From contig JAYZAC010000149.1 in NCBI GenBank assembly GCA_036339875.1, positions 1-16,581 of the forward strand: a stretch of 16,581 nt of DNA, in the 5' to 3' direction. The stretch comes from a bacterium. Lineage in GTDB: Bacteria > Muiribacteriota > UBA6191. The translations under genes were made by a program, and so were the position numbers. Every line of letters starts with the position of its first letter. Within the stretch, counting starts at the first letter, position 1. Positions 7,481-16,579 of this stretch are shown here, one piece after another. The notes below the pieces were generated by a model. That model was not told the DNA's origin. It worked only from the letters and a program-made list of their open reading frames with translations, and ran no database searches.

Positions 7481-8713
7481 ATGTATCGATCTCATCTTTT
7501 CGTTTTTATTTTTATTAATTATTTCATTTATGGCTTCGGTGGACCAGCTAAAGTCACGCTAGAAAAGGTGATTGCTGAAAGAATTGCGCCTCAAGTAAAT
7601 TACTTTGCAACGAGCCTGCCCATTTCTAAATCAAAGATTTCGTCTACTGGTCAAGGACTTATTGTCACAAGAAATATATATTTCGGTATACCGGTGCAAA
7701 AAGATCAAATCGTTATCTCATTAGATACAAAATATATTGATCTGGAGAAATCACAGAAGCAAGCAAAACTCAATCAGTCTGAAGCAGAATTGTTGAAGGC
7801 ATTAAACGGTACTAGACAAGAAGAATTGGATGCTAGCAGAGCACGCTGGACGCGCAGTGAAGCGAGACTGAAGGAAAGTAGTGCTAGTTTAAGCCGAGTA
7901 CAAGGCCTATATAAAAAGTCGGCAACAACAGCAGAAGATCTTGATCTGAAAAAACGAGAGTATGAGATTTCTCTAGCTGAGGAATTAGAAGCACGCCGGA
8001 GCTTTCAACTATTAAAGTCTGGAGAGAGAGCTGAGCAGCTACAATATTTAAGGGCCAAAGTTGAGGAGTCTAAGTTATCTTTGCAATCAACTGAGCTGAA
8101 ACTTGATGATATGAATATTAGAGCTCCATTTGATGGGATTTCGGGCGAGGTTCTAGTTGAAGTAGGAGACTGGATTAACATCGGTGACCCTATTGCTGAA
8201 CTAGTAGATTCTAGCTATATTGATTTGCCAGTTCTTGTCCCTGAAGAACAAATCGCTGGGATTCGTCGTATGCAAAAAGTACCGGTTGAATTTACGGCAT
8301 ACCCCCAATACAAAGGTCTTGAAGGATTAGTAGTTTCCATTGGACCTTTAGCCATGCTACAAGGTAAAACAATTCCAGTTATTGTTAGAGTTAAAAACCC
8401 CGGTCCACTAATTGCCGGTATGAGTGCACGTGTGAGTCTACCAATTGGACCCAAATCAAAAAAAGTTTTAGTTCCCAAAGATGCGGTATTACGAACTGCC
8501 GGTCAGAGTAAGGTTAAGGTATACGTTAATCAGAAGGGTAAGGCTGAATTGCGTATGGTCACAGTTGGTCAGGAGTTTGGTCAGTTCATTGAAGTCTTAG
8601 ATGGTCTTAATATCGACGACGAAGTGGTGACAAGAGGAAACGAAAGACTCCGACCAGGCGGTGAACTGGACATCATAGAACTTAATAAAGGAGTCAGCGG
8701 TGCATCCCAATAA
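7481..8713 (+). CDS. RND efflux periplasmic adaptor (membrane fusion protein)
   Basis: Hydrophobic N-terminus from ATG 7481, preferred over 7403 because 7403 leaves only 32 nt between divergent genes. Lipoyl half-motifs G..VQKDQIVISLD and IRAPFDG..GEVLVEVGDWINIGDPIAEL flank a coiled coil. GMSARV, VLVPKDAV and EVLDGL..DDEVVTRG motifs are present. Overlaps the RND permease start. Confidence 0.92.
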   Translation: MYRSHLFVFIFINYFIYGFGGPAKVTLEKVIAERIAPQVNYFATSLPISKSKISSTGQGLIVTRNIYFGIPVQKDQIVISLDTKYIDLEKSQKQAKLNQSEAELLKALNGTRQEELDASRARWTRSEARLKESSASLSRVQGLYKKSATTAEDLDLKKREYEISLAEELEARRSFQLLKSGERAEQLQYLRAKVEESKLSLQSTELKLDDMNIRAPFDGISGEVLVEVGDWINIGDPIAELVDSSYIDLPVLVPEEQIAGIRRMQKVPVEFTAYPQYKGLEGLVVSIGPLAMLQGKTIPVIVRVKNPGPLIAGMSARVSLPIGPKSKKVLVPKDAVLRTAGQSKVKVYVNQKGKAELRMVTVGQEFGQFIEVLDGLNIDDEVVTRGNERLRPGGELDIIELNKGVSGASQ

Positions 8714-11700
8714 TAATAGCCGAGATGGAATCCTTGAATCTTGCATTAAATATCCTGTAACGGTCTCCGTCGTCGTACTATTTGTTGTCTTTTTTGGACT
8801 TCGATCTCTCGTGTCACTTCCCGTTCAAATGACACCTGATATAACTAGTCCAGTTGTTTCAGTCAACACCCTGTGGCCTGGAGCGTCACCCGCTGAAGTT
8901 GAGCGCGAGATTCTGGAGCGCCAGGAACAATTTTTAAAGTCATTAGAAGGTCTGGAAGAAATGAATGCTACCGCAAGTCCATCAACTGGAAATGTGGTTT
9001 TGGAATTCAAACCTGACACCAATCTCGATACCGCTCTGTTGAAAGTTAATAATTTGTTAAACCGAGTTCCTGGCTATCCTGCCGAGGTCGAACGTCCAAT
9101 CATATCTACATCAGGAGCTTTCGACAACGCCATCGGCTGGTTCATCTTTCTACCAATTGGTGATAGAGTTGATCCACAAATATCATCTAAGAAAATTTTC
9201 GTAGAGGATCATATAGAATCAGCGTTCGAACGCGTACCAGGAGTAGCTGCTGCCAATATCTTCGGTGCACAAGAGCAGGAAGTACAGATTCTATTCAGTC
9301 CCCAAGCCATGGCTAGTCGAGGCCTAACAGTTCCACAAGTAGTCGCGAAAATTCGGCAAGAAGGAAAGAACTATTCCGCTGGTAAAATTGATGAGGGTAA
9401 AAGGCGTTACATTGTACGTACAAAAACAAGCTTTGGTTCATTATCAGATATCGAAAACATTCTCTTAAGAGAAGATCCTCGTGATCGTGTTTTTCTTAAA
9501 GATATTGCCAAAGTAACAATTCAATCAAAAGACGCAGTCTCTCAAGTTAGATACAAAGGTCGACCTTGTATAGCTATAAACGCTCAACGACAAGTTGGTT
9601 CCAATGTCCTAAAAACAATGCGTGGTTTGCAAGACACCATTAAAGAATTAAATGATGGCATTCTTAAAGATAATGGATACAAATTAATTCAGGCTTATGA
9701 TAGTTCAATTTACATACAAAAAAGTTTAACTTTAGTGTCCCAAAACCTTTTACTGGGTGGCTTGCTCGCAATTACTGTATTGCTATTATTTCTTCGAAAC
9801 GCAAGGCCCACTTTAATTATTGCTTGTGCGATTCCTATCTCAGCTGTTGGAACCTTCCTTGGAATGTTTTTACTTGGTCGTAATATCAACGTGGTTTCTC
9901 TAGCCGGTATCAGCTTTGCCGTAGGTATGCTAGTGGATAATTCCATAGTAGTTCTGGAAAATATTTTCTCTCACTTACAGCGAGGTAAATCCCCTTATTC
10001 AGCAGCTATCGACGGTACCCGTGAGGTCTGGGGTGCTATTGCTGCCTCCACCATAACAACAGTAGCTGTCTTTCTTCCTTTGCTATTTCTTGATTCAGAG
10101 ATAGCGCAACTATTTAAGGACATTGCATTGGCTATAAGCTGCGCCGTAACTTTGTCTCTGCTAGTGTCGGTTTTTGTTATTCCCACCTTAAGCGCCAACG
10201 TATTGCGTCAGAAGTCAAATGCCAGTGAATCCCATATTTTTTTCGCTAATTCACTAGCAAATTGCGTTTTAAATCTATGCTCTTCTAAATTCAAACAAAT
10301 TATAGTAATCGCTACCCTTTCTATTACTTCTATTTTATTCTCTTATCTTTTGGCTCCACCTGCAGAATATCTTCCCACAGGTTCTAGAAATCTTGTGTTC
10401 AGTATTCTGATTCCACCTCCCGGCTATAATCTAAAAGAATTTATTCGAATTGGAGAAAAACTTGAAGGCAAACTCAAATATCTTTGGGAAGGTGATAAGC
10501 CCGAGGTAAGTAGCTTTTTCTACGTTGCTACACCAACTAGTGTATTTATGGGTTTTCGTTCAACGGAAGATCATACCGTAGAGGGCTTGATGAACAAATT
10601 AAGAGGCACCTTAAATACTGTACCTGGAATGATTGCGATAGTCGTTAGATCTGGATTATTCAATCAAGGATTTGGTGGAGGACGAACCATTGACTTAAGA
10701 CTTACAGGACCAAAACTTGATCAACTTATGAATAACGCTAAACAAGCCTTCTTTAAAATTCAGGGTGCTATACCAGGAGCTCAAGCACGCCCAAAACCAG
10801 GACTTGATTTAGGTCAGCCAGAACTGCATATTTTACCTAATTACAAAAAGCTTGCAGAAGTTGGATATAGTAGCCGAGACATAGGTCAAACAGTAGACGC
10901 ACTTGTTGATGGCGTACTTGTAACCGAATTTAGGCAATCAGATGGAAAAATAATCGACGTAAGTCTTAGAGGCAAAAAGGAACAAATAAGCAATACTCAA
11001 TCTATTAAAAATTTACCCTTGTATCTTCCAAACGCAAAAGGTGTAAGCGAGCTAGGTTCTGTAGTGCAGGTAAAACACGATATGGGACCCACTCAAATTC
11101 TCCGTTTTGAACAGGAACGAGTCGTAACATTATCAATTACCCCTCCACTAGATGTTCCACTACAAACAGCAATGAAGAAAATCCGTGATCAGATAATAGA
11201 ACCCATGCGACAGCAAGGCAATCTAAGTGGACCATACCGCGCTATCCTGGCTGGTACCGCCGATAAACTAACTACAACCAGAAAACAGCTACAAGGCCAA
11301 TTTTTATCGGCAATATTGGTTACCTATTTATTATTATGCGCTCTATTTCAATCATTCCTAACCCCCCTGATCATATTGTTTTCCGTTCCTCTAGCAGCGT
11401 TCGGTGGTTTCTTGGCATTACGAGTGGTTAATATTACTATCGCTTCGCAGCCTTTAGACGTGCTAACCATGTTAGGTTTCATAGTACTCCTTGGGATAGT
11501 CGTCAATAATGCCATCTTAATTGTTGATCAAACATTAAAAGGTATGCAAAGTGGCCAAAGTAAACAAACTTCTGTTTCAAGAGCTTTGATGTCAAGGGTT
11601 AGACCGATTTTCATGTCAACCTTAACTTCGATGTTCGGAATGGCTCCTCTTGTACTTATGACTGGACCAGGAAGCGAATTATATAGAGGTATTGGAGCTG

Positions 11701-11801
11701 TTGTGTTAGGTGGCCTATTGATATCAACAATTTTTACTTTAATACTTATTCCCGCAATGTGTCTATTATTCCTGCCAGATAGCAAGTCAACTACGACTTA
11801 G
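8700..11801 (+). CDS. RND efflux transporter permease subunit (AcrB/AcrD/AcrF family)
   Basis: 1033 aa. GTG start with AAGGAG at 8688-8693. Motifs: LPV..TPDI..P.V.V.T.WPGASPAEVE; TM4 GMLVDNSIVVLENI; TM10 GIVVNNAILIVD; RVRPIFMSTLT..GMAPL. Two-fold internal symmetry with two large periplasmic loops. Confidence 0.96.
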   Translation: MHPNNNSRDGILESCIKYPVTVSVVVLFVVFFGLRSLVSLPVQMTPDITSPVVSVNTLWPGASPAEVEREILERQEQFLKSLEGLEEMNATASPSTGNVVLEFKPDTNLDTALLKVNNLLNRVPGYPAEVERPIISTSGAFDNAIGWFIFLPIGDRVDPQISSKKIFVEDHIESAFERVPGVAAANIFGAQEQEVQILFSPQAMASRGLTVPQVVAKIRQEGKNYSAGKIDEGKRRYIVRTKTSFGSLSDIENILLREDPRDRVFLKDIAKVTIQSKDAVSQVRYKGRPCIAINAQRQVGSNVLKTMRGLQDTIKELNDGILKDNGYKLIQAYDSSIYIQKSLTLVSQNLLLGGLLAITVLLLFLRNARPTLIIACAIPISAVGTFLGMFLLGRNINVVSLAGISFAVGMLVDNSIVVLENIFSHLQRGKSPYSAAIDGTREVWGAIAASTITTVAVFLPLLFLDSEIAQLFKDIALAISCAVTLSLLVSVFVIPTLSANVLRQKSNASESHIFFANSLANCVLNLCSSKFKQIIVIATLSITSILFSYLLAPPAEYLPTGSRNLVFSILIPPPGYNLKEFIRIGEKLEGKLKYLWEGDKPEVSSFFYVATPTSVFMGFRSTEDHTVEGLMNKLRGTLNTVPGMIAIVVRSGLFNQGFGGGRTIDLRLTGPKLDQLMNNAKQAFFKIQGAIPGAQARPKPGLDLGQPELHILPNYKKLAEVGYSSRDIGQTVDALVDGVLVTEFRQSDGKIIDVSLRGKKEQISNTQSIKNLPLYLPNAKGVSELGSVVQVKHDMGPTQILRFEQERVVTLSITPPLDVPLQTAMKKIRDQIIEPMRQQGNLSGPYRAILAGTADKLTTTRKQLQGQFLSAILVTYLLLCALFQSFLTPLIILFSVPLAAFGGFLALRVVNITIASQPLDVLTMLGFIVLLGIVVNNAILIVDQTLKGMQSGQSKQTSVSRALMSRVRPIFMSTLTSMFGMAPLVLMTGPGSELYRGIGAVVLGGLLISTIFTLILIPAMCLLFLPDSKSTTT

Positions 11802-12582
11802 GTAACTCGCATATTTTTGGTTTAGATATTAAATTCAATTGTATTAGTAATAAATATAAAGTAGTTATCATCACGCTAACTAAAGCAATTCCTTGTGAGG
11901 TACTGAGCGTCAATATATCGAAAAAATAGCCTCTTGGATCATCTCTAACAAACTCTATCGTAAATCGGAAAATTGCATAAGAGTATATGTAGGTAATCGT
12001 AACAAGACCTGGTCTTTTTGAGTTTTTATAAACCAAGCAAAGAACTATAAAAATAACTAATAATCCAAATGCAGAATACAATTGAACTGGATGCCTAAGA
12101 ATGTTATCTGCAGGAAATCTTACTACAAGCCATTCTAAATACGGTAGTTTTTGAAAACCAAGACCAAAACAGCAACCATGTAGATAACAACCGACCCTAC
12201 CCATAATATGTGCGGGTACCAATGATAGAATCATTATATCGCAAATTTTGATCCAGCCAGTCCTACCACGCCAGAATAAAAATCCTGCCGTAAGCCCCCC
12301 TACAAAGCCCCAATAATAGACCATACCACCTTTATAAAATTTTAAGATTTCCAATGGATTATTAGTAAAAAATTCTAAATTTAGGTGAATATAGCCCAAC
12401 CTAGCACCTATAATTCCCCCAATTAGACAAGCTAACTGCATTCTGATTAGTAACCAATAGGGTAAGTTTTGATCTTTAGAGATTTTTAATAAAACTAGTG
12501 CAGCGACACAGCACCCAATAAACCACATTACACCAGAGGTAAATACTTGAAAGCCTGAAACATTTATTAGAATTGGATACAT
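11791..12582 (-). CDS. lgt: Prolipoprotein diacylglyceryl transferase family protein (Cys-motif variant)
   Basis: MYPIL start; GARLGY; GGMVYYWG; GRVGCYLHGCCFG; RHPVQLY; Y..FRFTIEFVR.D; LSTSQ.I; multiple transmembrane segments. Confidence 0.88.
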   Translation of the reverse strand: MYPILINVSGFQVFTSGVMWFIGCCVAALVLLKISKDQNLPYWLLIRMQLACLIGGIIGARLGYIHLNLEFFTNNPLEILKFYKGGMVYYWGFVGGLTAGFLFWRGRTGWIKICDIMILSLVPAHIMGRVGCYLHGCCFGLGFQKLPYLEWLVVRFPADNILRHPVQLYSAFGLLVIFIVLCLVYKNSKRPGLVTITYIYSYAIFRFTIEFVRDDPRGYFFDILTLSTSQGIALVSVMITTLYLLLIQLNLISKPKICELPKS

Positions 12583-12611
12583 TTACTCTATCATTCCAAC
12601 ACGCCAGATAC

Positions 12612-13277
12612 CTATGTAATTTTGAGTTCCTTAAGATCGAACAAATCACTATGCTCTAAAATTTTAGCGCCGTCTAACTCCATTATTCCAATACTTTGAC
12701 TGTACCTTTCAGTTAATCTAGACCTTAAGTCTTCGATTTCCAAACTAAAATTTTTTATATTTTTAATAGTCCAAAGACCTAGATGAATTCGAATTTCAAA
12801 TGGTTCTAAATCTAACATACGAAAACCTAAAGTATTCAAGGTAAAATCTTTCAAGGCTGAAAGAGTATGAGATGTTTCCAAATCAGCCGACTCCATTTTG
12901 ATGCATAGTTTGTTTCTTAGAATAGAGACATTCTTGAACTTTAATCGATACGGCTGCTCTGAAAAAGATTCGTGGTAGTAACTACTTATAATAGCTTTAA
13001 TCTCATCATAGCTAATATCGATAGGAATGTGAATAGACCAGCTTTCTGCAATTCTATGTTCATTACACAATAAAGGCATTAAATAAACATGCATTTTTTT
13101 GATGTCGCAAGCCACAAAGTTTTCTAGAATATTCTCATCTTTTACATCCGCGAGTACTTCGTGAATAGTTTGACTTAAATCTAGATTCAAAATCACTCCG
13201 ACACTAAGAGCGTTTATAGGTTTCAATTTGCCATAAGCTGTAACTAATTGCTCTATGTCAATATCATCTATCCACAT
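12612..13277 (-). CDS. Hypothetical protein, possible degenerate 2H phosphoesterase fold
   Basis: 221 aa ORF packed between its neighbours (20 and 29 nt gaps). Two His-hydrophobic-x-Leu motifs, MHVYL (H63) and IHLGL (H165). The CDS itself is well supported; the fold call is tentative. Confidence 0.7.
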   Translation of the reverse strand: MWIDDIDIEQLVTAYGKLKPINALSVGVILNLDLSQTIHEVLADVKDENILENFVACDIKKMHVYLMPLLCNEHRIAESWSIHIPIDISYDEIKAIISSYYHESFSEQPYRLKFKNVSILRNKLCIKMESADLETSHTLSALKDFTLNTLGFRMLDLEPFEIRIHLGLWTIKNIKNFSLEIEDLRSRLTERYSQSIGIMELDGAKILEHSDLFDLKELKIT

Positions 13278-13297
13278 TCAAAACTCACAATTAGATA

Positions 13298-16200
13298 TTA
13301 TTTCGAAATCGCATATCGATCCATAGTTGATAGATAGGAACCATTCCATCCACCAAAGAAATATAGTATCCCATTAACAGACGCAGCTGCATGATATCGT
13401 CTTGCTGTTCCTCCACTTATTCCTTGACTCCATGTATTGGCATTCAAGTCATAGATATATAAATCATTGCTATAAATACCACTACCCTTACTACCACCCC
13501 ATACCCACATACGATGTCCATCAATCACAGCTTGATGATTAACCAATGGTAAACCTGAAGGATGGCCTACCATCCATTGACCTTTAGCTAAATCGTATAT
13601 GTCTATAGTATCAGTCAATTCAATTTCTGAATTAACTGCGATCTCTCCGCCAAAAAAGAATAGTTTATTATCATATATTACCGATGAATGTCCTCTACGG
13701 GGTGTACCACCATTACCAATATAAACCCATTCATCTGCTAAGAAATTATAATATTCGAGACTATTTAAGACTCCAGTATTATCTTCTCCACCCCATATAT
13801 ACATCTTCGAATCATATACATTTGCAGTATGAGAAGCTCTTGCAGTACCGCCAGCTATAGCAATATTTTCTAACCAAGTATCAGATGAAGAGTCATAAAC
13901 TGTGAAAGTATTTTTCAAGATCTGATTTTTCCTTCCACCCCAGTGATAAATATAGTTATTAAATAGTACAGAGCTATGATCTGATCGTGCCTCTACAACG
14001 AAATCTGTCACTGGAACTTCTGTAGTCCAAGTCGATGTTTGATAGTTAAATACCTCTTGAGTATTCGAATCTTCTCTTGTAAGGTCCTCTCCACCCCATA
14101 ATATTAATTGGTTAGACGCATCTCGCCTTATGAAATCTGCTTTCGATTTTGCTTTTGGGCCTGAAATACTCGACAGCCAACTCCCTGAATTATTTAGTAT
14201 GATTGGTCCAATTAGTTTTGAAGTTCCAGATTTCTCACCATCTGTAGGTGTAATTCTCAGAAGGACTGATGATTCATTAGTTGGTAAGTCTGAAGTAGAG
14301 TTCCAAATAATATTAAAACTTTCTAATGATTTTAAGTCTACTGTAGGCTCAGTTAAATGTCCTTGATCTATATAGAACCAACTCTGACCTCCATCATTCG
14401 AGTACTCCATGCTTAGTGAGACGAGATCATCATCATTGTCACTGACTATACATGATATAGATACTGAATCTCTATAACCCAATGCATCTGGCATTGCACT
14501 TAATGTCATAGAAATGATTTCAGGAGCATTATTACTATTTGTAGTCATATCAAGGATGTCCATCGTATTCAGATACTTGCCTGCATAACTTTCACCTCCC
14601 CAAAAATATGCTTTACCGTTCCTTACAGCAACGCTGTGACCACTACGTGAACGTCCTCCGGATACACCTGACTGCCATGAGTAGTCACTAAAATTATAGA
14701 TATCTAAAGAATTAATGTTTCCGGATTCATTTTTACCAGCCCAAGATATTTGGTTACCGAGATATTCTAATTGTGCATGATCATACCTTGCTATTCCATC
14801 TTCCGATTGTCCCTCTGTAATCCACTGATCAGCGTTTGGATCGTAAATATCTATTGTATTTAATGGTAAACCTGACGAGTCCACCCCGCCCCAATAATGA
14901 ATATTCCCTTGATTCAGACTAGCCTTATGACCTTTTCTTGGTTGCCCTCCAGTTGCACCTGTAACCCAAGTGGCTTCTTGTAACTTATAAATACTCACAG
15001 TATTTATGATTTGACCTAAACTATCTTCCCCACCCCAAAAGATGATTTTGTCATTAACTAGGGTCGCTGTGTGACCACTGCGACCTACCTCGCTTATTGG
15101 TCCAGGGATTGTATCCCACAGATTATCAAGACTCGTTATTGAATAAACGTCTGTGGTATTTAAGATGCCTGTATCGTCTCTACCACCCCAGTGATAAACC
15201 TTGCTACCTACTAGATTTGCAACATGACTTGTACGGGCTCTTCCGCCAAAAAAACCAGTAATCCAGCTCGATGATATAATTTCATATATATCTACTGTAT
15301 TTAGAAATCCGGCACTATTTTCGCCACCCCAAAAGAAAATTTTTCCTTGATCCAGTACAGCACTATGACCTTTTCTTGCTTCTCCGCCCTCCAATCCAGA
15401 AAACCACTCATTTGATTGTATATCGTAAACATCCATGGTTTTGAAAAGATCTCCACCATCTGTCCCTCCCCAAAAATATAACTTATCCTCAAAAGCAGCC
15501 CCTGCATGCATATAGCGAGGAGTACCTCCTGATTTTAGTTCCCTCCATTGCTCAAGATCAAGAATATCTAGTGTGTTAAGCTCTATCTCATCCTTATCTC
15601 TACCTCCCCAAATAAACATTTGCCCATTCCATAAAACCGCAGTATGGCCGGCACGTTTAGCATTATCGCTTGATCCTTCGTAAGCTAATCGAGACTGCGA
15701 ACCTTCTTGCCATTCATTGTTAGCTATATCAAATACATCTACCGTGTCTAATTTTTTAGCATCTGTATTTACTGAACCTCCATAAAAGAATATTTTATCT
15801 TGGAAAATTACTGCTGAATGATCTGATCGAGGAGTTCCTCCACTTGGTCCAATACTCCAACTATCAGACTCAATATCATAAATATCCAAGGTGTTAGTGC
15901 GAAGCGTTTGCGATACCCGTCCACCCCATATGTAGATTTTACCTTGATAGAGAGTTGCAGTGTGTCCAAAACGAGCTGTTCCTCCATTGTGTATTAAACC
16001 AGTTTCTAGCTGATTTATCCTTGCGTCATAGATATCTAATTGATTAGTAGCTATGCCACTGGCTGGCAGACCACCCCATAAATAAACCTTACCAGCGTAA
16101 CAATTGGCACTCGCGTACTCTCTATTTTCACCAATATTCATGCCATTAGTTTGGAATTCCTGATTTGCTAAATCATAAATCTGCATTTTATTAGGATTCT

Positions 16201-16579
16201 GACCACCATCTCCACCCCAAAAGTATATTCCTGTAGTAATATCGCTTGGTTCTGTCATTAAGCAGGAGCTTGCTCCAGATTTTGGATCTGGCAAAGTCGG
16301 TGTATCAAAATTCTCTAGCCATATTCTATTTTCTAAATCAAATACATCAACATTACTATTTAGGTTTCCGGTACCAAAACCGTTAAATATATACATTTTT
16401 CCATCGATGGAAATCGCATTATGATCTGTTCTTCTATCGCCTCCGGAATCACCTCTACTCCAAGTATCTAAATCATAAACATCTAAACTATTTAATGCGT
16501 TTCCTGTTTCATCTTGCCCAGCCCAACTATAAATTCTGCCATTCCATTCGACAATTGCATGATTTTTACGCTGGCGACC
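13298..16579 (-). CDS. Large Kelch-repeat multi-beta-propeller protein with an internal Ig-like domain (5'-truncated, more than 1090 aa)
   Basis: The frame stays open upstream of the track ATG at 16396 to the window edge (GRQRKNHAIVEWNGRIYSWAGQDETGNALNSLDVYDLDTWSRGDSGGDRRTDHNAISIDGK). I count 20 repeats of R..H.A....KIY.WGG......NT.DIYD....W..G..GG. Confidence 0.93.
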   Translation of the reverse strand, partial: GRQRKNHAIVEWNGRIYSWAGQDETGNALNSLDVYDLDTWSRGDSGGDRRTDHNAISIDGKMYIFNGFGTGNLNSNVDVFDLENRIWLENFDTPTLPDPKSGASSCLMTEPSDITTGIYFWGGDGGQNPNKMQIYDLANQEFQTNGMNIGENREYASANCYAGKVYLWGGLPASGIATNQLDIYDARINQLETGLIHNGGTARFGHTATLYQGKIYIWGGRVSQTLRTNTLDIYDIESDSWSIGPSGGTPRSDHSAVIFQDKIFFYGGSVNTDAKKLDTVDVFDIANNEWQEGSQSRLAYEGSSDNAKRAGHTAVLWNGQMFIWGGRDKDEIELNTLDILDLEQWRELKSGGTPRYMHAGAAFEDKLYFWGGTDGGDLFKTMDVYDIQSNEWFSGLEGGEARKGHSAVLDQGKIFFWGGENSAGFLNTVDIYEIISSSWITGFFGGRARTSHVANLVGSKVYHWGGRDDTGILNTTDVYSITSLDNLWDTIPGPISEVGRSGHTATLVNDKIIFWGGEDSLGQIINTVSIYKLQEATWVTGATGGQPRKGHKASLNQGNIHYWGGVDSSGLPLNTIDIYDPNADQWITEGQSEDGIARYDHAQLEYLGNQISWAGKNESGNINSLDIYNFSDYSWQSGVSGGRSRSGHSVAVRNGKAYFWGGESYAGKYLNTMDILDMTTNSNNAPEIISMTLSAMPDALGYRDSVSISCIVSDNDDDLVSLSMEYSNDGGQSWFYIDQGHLTEPTVDLKSLESFNIIWNSTSDLPTNESSVLLRITPTDGEKSGTSKLIGPIILNNSGSWLSSISGPKAKSKADFIRRDASNQLILWGGEDLTREDSNTQEVFNYQTSTWTTEVPVTDFVVEARSDHSSVLFNNYIYHWGGRKNQILKNTFTVYDSSSDTWLENIAIAGGTARASHTANVYDSKMYIWGGEDNTGVLNSLEYYNFLADEWVYIGNGGTPRRGHSSVIYDNKLFFFGGEIAVNSEIELTDTIDIYDLAKGQWMVGHPSGLPLVNHQAVIDGHRMWVWGGSKGSGIYSNDLYIYDLNANTWSQGISGGTARRYHAAASVNGILYFFGGWNGSYLSTMDRYAISK
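14190..14533 (-). other. Ig-like/beta-sandwich spacer domain inside the Kelch protein
   Basis: About 115 non-Kelch residues: NNAPEI...VSISCIVSDNDDDLVSLSMEYSNDGGQSW...IIWNS..DL....VLLRITPTDG. It shows an alternating beta pattern, an acidic DxDxD loop and an Asp-box-like SxDGGxSW. Confidence 0.65.

Noticed and set aside
8215..11785. Minus-strand ORFs 8215..8478, 8825..9022, 9710..9946, 9995..10198 and 11528..11785
   Set aside because: Antisense shadows of the adaptor and RND genes, with no independent evidence.
7481..11801. Apparently higher GC in the RND pair as a sign of horizontal transfer
   Set aside because: Not quantified, could reflect amino-acid composition, and there are no mobility genes or boundary repeats.
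14130..15507. Track ORFs 14130..14366 (+) and 15301..15507 (-)
   Set aside because: Shadow or alternative-frame ORFs within the Kelch gene.
16398..16413. Perfect 16-bp palindrome TTTCCATCGATGGAAA just upstream of the track ATG at 16396
   Set aside because: It lies inside continuous Kelch coding sequence (ISIDGK), and that ATG is internal. One such palindrome in 16 kb of AT-rich DNA is compatible with chance.
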